Assembly: GCF_000400465.1 (NCBI RefSeq)
Contig: NW_008806281.1
Location: forward strand, 206,001-268,000
DNA: 62,000 nt
Direction of reading: 5' to 3'
Source: Wallemia ichthyophaga EXF-994
Taxonomy: Eukaryota; Fungi; Basidiomycota
Position numbers and translations under genes: made by a program. Positions 37,101 to 50,029 of the stretch are shown in pieces. How positions within the stretch are numbered: the first letter of the stretch is position 1; each line of letters begins with the position of its first letter. The notes under the pieces were generated by a model, which was not told where the DNA came from, did not search any database, and saw only the letters and a list, made by a program, of their open reading frames with translations.

Positions 37101-39839
37101 CCAAAGAGCAGGAGCGCGCTCGGGACAAGGAAGCGGCCAAGGAACGCAAAGAGGCAGCAAAGATTGCCGCAGCTCAGTCACGTGAAGCTGCTAAGAATAC
37201 TCAATCATCTCATATAGGATTCGTTGGCACTTTGTTCGGATCAAAGAAGAAGAGCAGCAGCAGTCTGAAGTCTAATTCTACTAAATCCTCAACAAGTGAT
37301 CAGCCAAAAGAGAAAAAGAAGAAAGACAAGGGTAAGAAGGAGAAGAAAGCCAATGATTCGGAACAAAAGCCTCAAGCACCGGCTAACATGTTTGACTATC
37401 GCTATCCTATCCAAATCGAACGTGCTATTTACAGATTGTGAGTCAGATATTAAATGTAAGGAAATGCTAACGAATAGCGCCTCAGGAGTCACCTCAAGCT
37501 CGCTAATCCACGCCGGTCACTTTACGAGCAAGTATTAATTAGCAACTTCATGTTCTGGTATTTATCAATAGTGAATCACCAGAATCAGAGGCAGGTTGAA
37601 GCTAGACACAGACAAGATGACCAGATTGAGGTGCACAGACAGGAGGAGTTTGTCGAGAATGCGGACCAAAACAGCTTTGTAAATTACGAAGCTTCGAGTG
37701 TGTTGACATCTTCACCTACACCTCAAAACTCGCCGACGCATCCATCCGTACCGGACTCACCTCCAACTCCAGCTTTGTCAGGCGAAATTCCCCTTCCTCA
37801 CGAGGAGCATGGAGAGGAATCTGAAGAGAAACATCCTTTGGCTCTCAATGAAGGTAGCGAGGAAGATTTAACGGAGGAGACACTGTCATCACTTACGAGT
37901 GATATAATACAAGAAATAGAAATTGGTGAGCCAGTTTTACCTGCTCAAGCAACCATGAAGGGACCGGAACGAGCTACAACTACTGCAAAAGCACCATCGC
38001 CATCACCTTCTCCACCTGAGATTCTACCTGAAGATGTACAAGAAGTTATCGCACCACCTGAATCGGTGTCTTCAGGTTCACCTTCACCCCCGATGGCACT
38101 TGATTCACCTATTGAGCTGGAAGAGGCGCGTATGTCACCATTAGCATCGTTTGAAGATCAGATCCAAAGACCAAGTGATCCACCAGTCGAGCGTCAAGAA
38201 GAGATGCAAAAGGAGCAGAAGCAAAAGCAAAAGCAGAGGGAGTCAGTAATAGCTGAGCCTCCTGTATCTTTACCTGTAATGACACAACCAGCGCGTCCAG
38301 AGACACCTCCTCAGCAACCACCTTCACCAGTTACAATACCAGCATCACCAGCTCAGCCACACCATGCACCAGCTCAACCATCGCGACCACCATCAACTGC
38401 ACGACAATTATTGAATATTGTGACACAGCAGCCTTCAAGATCACCATCACCGGGACCATCACCCTCATCTGTACCTGCACCCGTTTCATCACCTGTAGCC
38501 TCACCGGGACCATCACCACTTACGCAGAACAATCAACAGAGAAGCGCATCTCCAACACCAAAGAGAAACAGACTTACAAAGATGGTAAGCACAGGTAGCT
38601 TTAGAGGGGAGATTGGTATGAAGCAACCATCGTACGAAGATCCGTACAAAATGTTGGATAAGCCGAAGCAATCGCCGCATTCATTGACGTACTCTTCGCC
38701 AACGCAGTCGCAGTCACAGACAGTGATGCAACCATCTTCACCTAGACAGCAGTTTCCAGGAATGATACAGCAACCATCACCTAGACAGCAGTCTCCAGGT
38801 ATAATACATCAACCATCTTCACCTAGACAGCAATCTCCAGGTATGTTGCAGTTACCATCACCAAGGCAGCAGTCTCCAGGTATGATGCATCAACCTGCAA
38901 GACAACAGTCGCCAGTAATGATGTACCAACATCCAAGACAACAGTCGCCAGTAATGATGCACCAACCTCCACGACAACAATCACCAGTTATGATGCATCA
39001 ACCTCCAATACAACAATCATCATACATATTACAACAACCACCAAGACAACAAGGGTCACCGATAATGCGTACACCATCGCCTGCCCAAATGCAAGAATAC
39101 CAACAAGCGCAATTCGAACAACAACAAGCACCTGGAGGATCACAAATGTACGGACCATCACCATCACCACCACCAGTGCCATCACATTCACCTAGTCCAA
39201 TGCAACAAACGCAACAACAGAATCAAGGATTTGGGATGCATGGATGGGGAGTGTATCAACAGAATTCGCAGCATCATCAGCAATTAATGAAACAGCAGGC
39301 GTATATGCATCAACAGCAAGTACAACAACAGCAACAACAACAGGAGTTGCAGCAGCAAAGGTATATAAATGCGATGGCTATACAGGAAGTACGTCGTGGG
39401 TCGTGGTCGCCTGGGTCACAGATGCAACAACAACAACAGCAGTACCAACAACAACAACAGTACCAACAGCAGCATTATAGTGTGAGTGTGGAATTGGTGT
39501 GTAGTAGAAGAAAGCTAACTGAATTTGAAACAGCAGCAGCAGCCACCACCACCACAACAACCACAACATCAACATTACCAACAGCAACAACCACACCAAA
39601 ACTCACAAGACTCACAGCAACGTTCACATAAATCCAAGTACTTACCATCGCGTTCAAGTTCAGCTTCAAATGTACCAACGCAGAATAATGTTGGACGTCG
39701 ACCAAGTTTACCACATCTACAAACGTTGGGAGTAGATGAGAGAATAACGGCAAGTTCAGCACCTAGTTCACCGGCATCAACGGGGTTTGTAATTGAAGAC
39801 GCCCCGACTTTACCAGCGATGACATATGAGAATTTGTAA
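34186..39839 (+). CDS. ZDS1: Zds1-like PP2A-Cdc55 regulator, very long (~1750-1800 aa)
   Basis: N-terminal LKALRRRS..IDPDLP, YWVPASAHPE, SLSRRKSKLSRQY; Zds_C motif YPIQIERAIYRLSHLKLANPRRSLYEQVLISNFMFWYL across an intron at 37439. Confidence 0.82.
38728..39075 (+). repeat. About nine imperfect coding repeats P(S)PRQQSP(G/V)MMHQ in the Zds1-like protein
   Basis: Seen in translation; units 33-39 nt. Confidence 0.85.
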
Positions 39840-39886
39840 CTTTTTATCAAGGTGTCTTAATTTCATCATGGCATGAGTTGTGCTCG

Positions 39887-41500
39887 TTAGACGGTCATCA
39901 GATATGTTTTGATTGATAGATTAGAGCTACTACGATGATATAGCGCGCACGAATGGCGGTCGTACAGACACAGGTGTTGATTATCGCGTTGTGAGCGAAG
40001 TGGCTGAGTAAGTCCACAGTGGGCAGTAGCCATACGAGCGGAAGGCTTACAGATACGGCCGTTGCTATCGTGGATGCCCCTTCCGAAAATACCATTCGAT
40101 GAGAATTTCGGTAAAATGATCTTCTCGTTGGCAGATCTGGCAATTGGAGTAAATGTAGATATAATTTCAGCTGAGACTGCGGGTGGCGGCAAAAGAGACC
40201 ATCTATTTCACCTCCTGTAGAAACCCAACCCGGTCGTTATTTTCTTCTCCACTAGAGGCACACCGGAGTCCCTCATGGGCGTGCTTGTCATGTCTACTCT
40301 CGATTTGCTCCTGCACGAACAGTACACGCTCAGCTTATTATAAATGGCGCTTAGCGTGCATTAACAGAATACTCTTTCAACTAGGTACCTTCGATACTCG
40401 CTCATTTTTGGTCGAAGCGGATAGCCTCTTTTTCGGTCATCAGCGTGGTCGTCTTTGCAGCTGTGAATGTGTCCATGTAAGGAAATGGTTGTAGACCGGG
40501 TGGTCATACGAGGTATCAAACTCACACTCACGCTCCCTCTAGATACGGCATGGAAGTTGTGCAATCGACATATCTACACCACCACGTGGGGAGGAAGGGC
40601 CATCGATACATCTTCACGGTCTATTTGTACCCTACCTACCTCAGCTACGACGTGCCAACCAGACACACTCACTCTTCTCCAATTCTGTACTCTCGATCGT
40701 GCCGCAACTAATCCTATCGCATAGATTGGGTTTTTGTAGAGCAAAGCGATTCTCTCACTCGCCTGCTTTTCGCAGAATATGCGTTTTACACTTTAAATAG
40801 GGTGCGTTCATCGCAGGAGCAACGCATCAACGCATAATCACAAACCTCACTCCTAATAGTATTTCCTCTGGTACATCTAGCTCTTGCCTGTCGATCTGTC
40901 GTCTTTGAATCTCTTTACTAAGCAGAAATTGAGAATCACAGTATGTTGACTTGCTCCACTGGCTCATTGGCTGTCTATCGCATACGGGTTGGAGCTCGTC
41001 TGCCAGCGTCTGTTTAGACCCCTTTGGATGGCAAGTCTGCTCTTGTTTGCTAGCAACACTTATATACCTGCAACATTCATCGGAAACACACTCACACGCG
41101 CACACAAATACCAAATTCAAGCAAGCAAAATAATGTCTTACTATGCAGAATTCGATTGTTTGACAATGCTCATCTTTCAAAGATTGATGTTTACATTGAG
41201 TGTCTTGTTTTGTTGCGTTGTGTTCAATTCGATAGCTAGAAGTGTGAAGTGTGAAATACAAACTGTATAGAGGTTGTCCTGGAAAAAGCCTGATAAAGTT
41301 TAAATTGTCCATCTTGAGAGCCAACAGCATGTGCAGGAGTGTTGATATTGAAGAAGGTAATCACAACGCGTGAAGCTCCATCGGCACGTTCAGCGTTGTG
41401 GTTGCGGATTTCCCTCTGGTACCTTCTCTTGTGCTTTGTCAAATCATGATTCTGCGTAAAGTGCATCGCAGATATCGCATTTTTAAGGCTTCTCCGCTGG
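39887..41500 (-). pseudogene. Decayed multi-exon gene including a disabled C2H2 zinc finger
   Basis: EKP*KCDICDA[frameshift]FTQNHDLTKHKRRY at 41419-41500; minus-strand GTGAGT donors at 41095, 40672, 40531; a ~190-codon frame with only two stops down to 39887. Confidence 0.5.
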
Positions 41501-42389
41501 AAGAGTGTGATGAGGTTTTGGATGTTTGTTAGGCTTGCGAGGTTTTGGCTTTCTGAGCTGGAGTGGGGTAGGATGGTTCAACTCGACGTCTGGCTGGTGA
41601 CGGTCCAAGCCTGTACCTGTATTATAATTGACGATTGGAGATGCGTCTCCAGTTCCCGATAATTGCCTTATACCGCGTTTTAATCCCTCCTGGTCGTAAA
41701 AAATGGGCCTAAACGTGGGATTATCGCACAGCACTGATTGAGATGCTTATACTCGTTGAGCTGCTTGAAATTAAAGTATTAATTATTGGAATTTTGGTGA
41801 CTTAAATTAGAGAGAGAAGCGGGTGAATATCATAGCCAAGATACTCCATCGGATAATAAGTAAATCACATCGAAATTACTCTAGAGCTTAAAATATTAGC
41901 TCTGCGTTAGCCACAATGTTGAGGAATGCTTGAACTTCTTATGTTTGTCAGTTCAGTCAGGCCACAAAAATTTCCATCCAGGCTGCTGAGGGCGCACCGA
42001 TATCCAACAAATATGCGTAATTAGGAATCCATAGGAATACATTGGTCAGCTACGAAGCTCAAAGTCCCTCAAGGCTGATGGCCAACGCTTTTTGTATTTA
42101 AGCCAGCCACAGGGTGGATCTAGATAATTAATTCATATAATATGCAATTTCATCATAGAAAGAAGCATGGAGCGCTCACAAATTGGTTCAGCAGGTATTT
42201 GAAAAGTCATTGGCTTTGCTGTACTGCACATATAAGTAGTCCTTGGCAGGTGAAAGGACAGAAGAATGGCAACAAGAGAATATTCCCGTGTTGTAGATTC
42301 GAATGCATTGTAAATTGTAACTAATATTTATGTGTTTTCACCGCGAGCAGAACCGGCACCAGAACGACCAGAACGACGACCACCATTAA

Positions 42390-42885
42390 ATGTTCGCAAC
42401 TCACGCACGTCAAGGATTAAAGAATTTAGTTCCACCAAAGATAGCAACACCAGGTGCAGTAGTGAGTTGTTAACACCGTTTACAACCTCAAACAACTCAC
42501 AAATCCAAGTCTGGCTCTGAGGGCGGTGCTAGAATGAACTCCGTTATTGAGTTTTATAGCAAATTACCAAAAGGTAACGCAGCTCCAAAGTCTAGTGGTA
42601 TCAAAGGCAAATACTTTGATGGCTCAAATTCATCACGTACTCCATTACTCGCAACGATTGGTGGATTATTCTTATTCGGATATACGCTTGATTGTGAGTT
42701 TTTATCTTTTTCTTATGATTATTTCTTACATTTGATAATCAGACAACCGTAAGTTGATTGGAATTCCTTTTGTCTTTCTCACTAACTCGTTCTTTCTCCC
42801 CAGTTCACCTCAGTGAGTTGGATTTTTATGATACACTCACACCAACTGACATACCCTAGAGCACCACAAGAACAACCACCATTAG
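42390..42885 (+). CDS. ATP17: Mitochondrial ATP synthase subunit f
   Basis: LVPPKIATP, VIEFYSKLPKG, KGKYFDG, IGGLFLFGYTLDY|N|LHL|KHHKN using 6-nt and 9-nt micro-exons. Confidence 0.93.
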
Positions 42886-43005
42886 ATTCTTTTAATATCT
42901 TGTGCTTGATGAATGAATCCTTATCCTTACATGTCTTTACATGAGGCCACATGCTTCTGATTACCTTTACTTACCTTTGCTTACCCTTGCATCCACTCCA
43001 TCATC

Positions 43006-44356
43006 ATGTCCCAACTGTCCAGTGAATTTGAAATCGACGATGACCACCAAAGAATGTTGGACTTAGATGAAATTCAACGAAACAACGATGAATTCCTCGT
43101 GGCGTACCCATTCAACTTTATTAAATGGTCCAGATTATGGCAGTAAGTTGGTTTGGCTGCATATACCCTTTTCCTTATGTACAACACGTAGAGGCTCTTC
43201 AAGGATCATCACTACTGATTTGGAACAAGGCATTTATCCTTTCGGTAAAGGTAAAGGTAAACCTATTGAAGTCTTTATCGGTATGACGAAGAGGAATAGA
43301 TTGGAAATTCTCATCCCTTACTCAATGATTTCTGAAAGGTTCAAAGACATAAAGCAAAATGATTTTGAAAACATTCACTTCTATCACTTTGTTTCTCCTG
43401 CACACTTTCAAACTTTAGAAGACTTCCTTGGTTTTGCTAATATTCAAGATAAGAAGAGCGGTATCTTTAAGATAAATAAACGCTATAAGCGCGATAGATC
43501 TAAATATCGCGTTACTCATAACGTCGTACTTGAGAAAAAGTACTTTGAAATGTCTAGGCGTTTCTATCGGCTTATTAAATTGGCAGATGATCAACTTAGA
43601 GGTAGTGTCATTGCTATGGATTGGATAACAAATCCCAACACAAATATCATTCAAGGTCTCAGCATATTCGTACTTGATAAAACTAAATCGAATCACTATC
43701 AGGATTGGGTTACGGTCACTGATACTTATACTGAAAACAAGGACGAAGTTGAAAGACGATATTTGAAGAGATACGTACAAGCTATCCTTGACACCAAGAC
43801 TTCCGATCAAGATGAGTGTCGAATGATCATCGTTAAGAAGTCAATGCTACCCCAAGACATGGATAGGACAAAAGATGCGCTCAAGCAGTTTCTTCCTGAT
43901 AATATTTTTGAGGGTATGCAAATGGACATTAGTAGTAGGGTTCATGATGAATTGAATGTTATAAGGCGAACAGTTGAACCTTTCAATATCTACGGTATAA
44001 CGAGTCTCATACCACTTTATCACGCCCTATGCTCTGATGTCACCGGTGAAGAGCCTAGTTATAGACGCATGCTCGATGCTATTGGTATGCCCTTAGACGA
44101 TCAAGAGATGGTTGATATTTTGGAGAATAACGCTGTGCATTTGCTCAATCTTGCAGATTGCTTACTCACATCTACTTTTATAGATTATCAGAAAATGATA
44201 CAGTTCCCAGAAACCCACAAGGGTACTAGACCCGCAGAGGAGTCATCCGATGAAGACAGCGAAGATCAAGATGACGATGAGGTGAGTGTGTTTATTTATT
44301 TATAAATAAATAACTCATTGCTGACACACATGCAGAAGATGGAAAATTATCTCTAG
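43006..44356 (+). CDS. Divergent Gfd2/YDR514C/QIP-like DEDDh-fold protein, catalytic residues apparently lost
   Basis: IEVFIGM..., SVIAMDWIT...IIQGLSIFVLD (family DxE...ITEIG), LENNAVHLL (family HNAGNDA..T); two introns; similarity judged from memory. Confidence 0.55.
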
Positions 44357-44531
44357 ACAGAAATTCACGCTGGTTTCATGTTTACGTTATGCATTCAGTC
44401 GAGAAGGCTTTCAAAATTAAATTATGTAATTGATTTGGATAGATCAAGGTGTATAAATATCACAAATAGTCATACAAACCAGTGGAACATTAATAAGATG
44501 GCGCATAGGGTATTTACAAACAGCAGCAAAA

Positions 44532-46005
44532 TTAATCTTTAAGCTCCTTCTTCATGATAGCCTCCATAGCATCAAAGTCTGAAGTATCCACCTTGATTAT
44601 TTCCTTCTTAAGGGTTTCCTCAATAGAATTCATAACTTTCCAGGATTCCTTATCATGAATGAAATTGACAGCAAGTCCCTTCCTACCGAATCTACCAGTT
44701 CTACCAATTCTATGTAAATATGTCTCGCTATCAGGTTTTCCTGACGCAGTCTTTGGCATATCGTAATTAATCACCATGTTTACTTGACTAATATCGATAC
44801 CTCTAGCAATAACGTTTGTGGTGATGAGAACTTTAGTTTTACCATCTCTGAAAGAATCAATGGTTAGATCTCTCTCGCTAGATTCCTGTTTACCGTGGAG
44901 TGAGACAACGGTGTGTCCTTCAGCAGTCATACGATGAGCGATTTCGTCAGCTGTATCTCTACGATGAACGAAAATGATGGACTGTCCGACAGTCATGAGC
45001 TCGTATAATTCGACCAAGACTTTAAATTTATGTTCCAAGTTATCACAATCCATGTAGAATTGCTTTATTCCTTCTACAGAGAGTTCTTCTTGTTTAAGTC
45101 TGATTTCATTAGCTGCAGGTGCGAATTTAGCAGCAAAATTTCTAACGATATCGGGGAATGTAGCGGAGAAGAGAAGAATTTGAGGTTTGGAAGTGATGAG
45201 GTTTTTAGCTTTAATGGATTGGTCACCCATAGAATGTTGGTCTAACATGTTATCAGCCTCATCCAAGACAAAAACCTTGACTTCTTTTGCGTTTATTTGA
45301 CCTTTACGTACAGCGTCAACGAGGGCGCCTGGGGTTGCCACAATAACTTGAGCGTCTACTTTAGACCCTTTAGGGATAGCATCCTTTATAGCGAAAGCAG
45401 TTTTTACGTTTGTGAATTGACCCATTTGTTGAATAACCGACATTGTTTGTCTGGCGAGTTCTCTAGAAGGGGAGAGAACAACAGCTTGGGGATTTGAGGA
45501 ATCATAATTTATACGTGATAGGATAGCTAAAGCGAAGGCAGCAGTTTTCCCCGTACCTGATTGAGATTGTGCAATCATGTTGCGAGGTGGATTTTGGAGG
45601 AGGAGTGGAAGGGCTCTTTCTTGAATTTTGGATGGTTTTTGAAATTTCATGGCGTAGATACCTTTTAAGAGGTTTTCGTGGCTGTAAGTGTGTGTTTAAG
45701 GGGGAGTTGTGCTAGCTCAACAGACACACTCACAGTCCGAGCTCTTCGAAAGTGCTAGCAGAGTATAAGGGAGAATTTGGATCAGCTTGTTGATCAGCGA
45801 GAGTGACGGAGACTTCTAGTTCTTGTTTTGGTTGCTGTGGTTGCTGTGGTTGGTCTCCTTGTTCCGCCTTCTCTCCTTGATCCGCCTGCTCCGCCTTCTC
45901 GGTAGACAAACCACCAATTCTATCTGCTAGGCTTGTAACGTTATCCTGCTGCTCAGGGTTGTTATTAGATTCAGTTATCCAGCCTTGCTCGTCGTCTTGT
46001 GGCAT
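44532..46005 (-). CDS. DBP5: DEAD-box mRNA export helicase Dbp5
   Basis: SPLYSASTFEELGL, FQKPSKIQERALPLLL..PPRNMIAQSQSGTGKT, DEADNML, YLHRIGRTGRFGRKG. Confidence 0.97.
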
Positions 46006-46065
46006 GATGGTTTAAGTGAAGAAGCTCCTTCTGCCCAAACGACCAAGTTCTTCTCTTTTTTTAAA
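46006..46065. promoter_or_regulatory. Presumed bidirectional promoter DBP5 / HMT1 (60 nt)
   Basis: Divergent ATGs at 46005 and 46066. Confidence 0.5.
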
Positions 46066-47461
<1,396 letters not shown>

Positions 47462-47628
47462 GTTAATTTGATATAGATGATTTGTGTGATAAATTGCAAA
47501 ACTTCACCAAAGAAGGAGCGACCAGTTGAGAGGATTAAAGGAATGTATATCATATAGTCAATGTAGTTAGAATATCCACAAATAAGACATGTAAATAAAA
47601 ATAAGTTCAAATTTTATTAAAAATTTGA

Positions 47629-49340
47629 TCAAGCATTTTTGAGAAGCGGAGTCCCTTCGTATTTGTGATACATCTGATACAATTGCTCTTGCTCCTCTTG
47701 CTCATATACTACTTGCTGTTTCTGCTGCTAACGAAACGCTTGTTGTTGATTGCTCTAGGATTTGCGATAAATGTGCCTGGATCAACGCCTCCATATCCAG
47801 TTGGTGCCTGACACAGTGCATGCTGCATACCAGCATTAGGCGCTCGTCCCTGATTCTGCCTATGACGCACGTCAATCATATACTGAGGCTGTGGTTGTGG
47901 TTTTGTCTCCATCTGAGCTTGTGGTTGAAGATGTGGCTGCGCTGCTTGTTGCTGTTGGATTGGCACTGTATTCTGCACCGCAGCACCCAACACCTGTGCT
48001 GCCTATACTGGCTACAATGCCTCAGCTCGCATCTCCGATCCAGGCACGCCTGTATTGTAAACCTTCTCATTCCACGCCTGACCCAGTCCCGCTTGCAAAG
48101 CATCCGAATTTTCTACAACCCATGATCCTGGTTCGTTGTATGTATTAGCAATAGCACACATCAAGTGGAAGTCACTCAAACACTCCCTTGCATTCTGGTA
48201 TGACTTCCTATTGATCTTGGGCTTGATTGTGTTTAGTGCCACTGGGTTCTTGATCAGCAGTGCATAGTCAGGGTACAGCTTGTCACTTTGTTAGCCTTTT
48301 CTGATTTGATCAAACACCACTTACCTTCTTCGATGGCACTTCACGGAAAATATCACTCCTTGGTCTACCATTCTCGTTCGTCAACGTCCAAACCACTTCG
48401 AAGAATGGCAAAAGGACCTTCTCCAGACGTTCCTTAGTCTCCCCATCAACACCGGCCTTCTTCTTCTTGTTCGTGGGTTCAGTCTCTTCAACATCGACAT
48501 TTGGATTACCATCAGTGAATGGTATTGCGCTTGCGCTAGCCCATTGGAAGATTTGAGACTGGTGTGGAAGTTTTAGTTGAAGATCTGCTATGTTTGCTAC
48601 CAGTGTTCAACTCGGGTGATTCGACAGGCGGAGCTATTTGCGGCTGCTGTTGCTGCTGTTGAGCCATATTGCGCTTATGTCTAGATGCTTCTTCGATAGT
48701 GGTACCATCATTTTCAAGCGCATTCTCCCATTGCTCTTCAGTCAGACCATCGTCGTACACAACACCAGCACGCGCTCTTCAACCGCCCTCCAAAGCCTCC
48801 TGATCAGCCTCAATAATAGGATTCTATTTGATCGTCGTTCTGTAGATTTCTGGTAACTCTCCGTCTGTAATCAATCTTCCAACATTATCAACAGGTAAAC
48901 CCTTCATTTGATTGGACAGCTTGTCATTCTCTGCTCTCTCCCTGTCCATTCTATTGAAGACATCTATTTCACTTTCCCCTCTAGCGAGCTGCTCGTTGAT
49001 TTCATTATCATTCATAACACCAGCTTCATCCTCTTCTTCAGCTTCTTGTTCGAGGAAAGATCTCAGGAAATCCTCACGCTCTTCAGCTGTCGATTTATTG
49101 TCAATTTACCTGCTTGGATAACCTTGCCGTCTATTTCCAACTTATACTGTGCACGTGCAAGAATCTGATTTTTGACTGAACGCTCAGTGATTAATCTCAA
49201 TATTCCAACTTCCTTCTTCTGCCCAAATCTATGAGCATGGTCTTGAGCTTGAAGATCAACGTGTGGATTCCAGTCTGAGTCGAAGATAATAACCGTGTCT
49301 GCTGATTGAAGGTTGAGACCCAAACCACTAGTCCTTGTAG
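47629..49340 (-). pseudogene. 5'-truncated, disabled SNF2/STH1-type remodeller (helicase motifs V-VI, SnAC, bromodomain, Q-rich tail)
   Basis: [31 protein letters not shown] (normally QDRAHRIGQ), YDDGLTEEQW, ANTYNEPGSW; stops at 48824, 48779, 48536, 48012, 48003; frameshifts near 49104 and 48525; one intron retained. Confidence 0.9.
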
Positions 49341-49399
49341 TCGAGTGAGATCTGAGTTTATCAAAGAGAACTATATGTCATGTGGAACATAATAAATAG

Positions 49400-50012
49400 T
49401 AATTCATTTGAAGTCTTTTAGTAAGCCGATTGTGCTCATATTGATTTGGATCATCATGATCATCATCTTTCAATACTTGCTCATCCTTCTTGACATTAAT
49501 AGGCAGTGTCTCATGGAGCGGCTGCGTTATGTGCAATTGTCCGCAATTATCATCTTGACATCCTTCATAGTGACTCTAATTGCCATCGTTTGTGATCTTT
49601 CTCGCGAGGGAGTTTGCGATACTGACTCTAACAGTTCCCAAATAGCTCTAGCGCCGTATGCTGGGGAGTATCCAGACTCCGCCAAATGATCGATACTCTC
49701 ATACCTCACATTCAAACGCATCTGCTTCTCCCCTAGCATCTTATTGACTTCAATGATACGCAATTTAGCATGTCTGATAGACCTGTGGTTGAGTTTGTTG
49801 AAAAACAACGTATGATCAAGTCGATTGAGAAACTTCGGAGGCTACACTCTCTCAACTCGTTCTAATACCTCTTTGGTAGCTTCCTCGGTAACATTCTCAT
49901 CTGGACTCTCGGTTCTGAGATGCTCTCAAGAGCTGAGATTAGAAGTGGCTATAATGATTGTTGCCTAAATTTAGGCTTGACCTTGGCTGTCTGTCAAGGT
50001 GTCATCCAGCAT
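49400..50012 (-). pseudogene. Disabled HSP78/ClpB (Hsp100) NBD2 C-terminal fragment
   Basis: LDD.LTDSQG..TIIIATSNL, PPKFLNRLDHTLFFNKL, LAESGYSPAYGARAI; in-frame stops at 49926 and 49842 and more near 49965-49975. Confidence 0.85.
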
Positions 50013-50029
50013 TTAGCTGCTTTAGCGGC

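Noticed and set aside
35446-37217. Long antisense and alternative-frame F/L/S-rich ORFs, and similar shadow ORFs over LYS4, KHA1, COQ8 and IES2
   Set aside because: By-products of low-complexity or biased codon usage on the real coding strand
40060-40330. Possible CCHC knuckle (CQICQREDHFTEIL, minus strand) and DEAD-box-like stretch (KRDHLFHLL*KPNPVVIFFST, plus strand)
   Set aside because: Frames are stop-rich at random frequency and the motifs are incomplete
40827-41330. ORF with RHYF...C..EC...HP..QP...W spacing reminiscent of a Ty3/gypsy integrase zinc-binding region
   Set aside because: No HHCC/DDE core, RT or LTRs nearby; the ORF runs through apparent intron sequences, so the resemblance is probably chance
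42000-42240. Possible 41-aa spliced ORF on the minus strand (MCSTAKP...PPCGWLKYKKRW...)
   Set aside because: No recognisable homology; more likely part of the decayed gene
49963-49976. Perfect 14-bp palindrome GCCTAAATTTAGGC inside the HSP78 relic (possible excision footprint)
   Set aside because: About four such palindromes are expected by chance in 62 kb (4^-7 per position)
47629-50012. Idea that premature stops are repaired by A-to-I editing or read-through, as in some ascomycete pseudogenes
   Set aside because: Multiple frameshifts, 5' truncation and loss of conserved residues cannot be rescued that way
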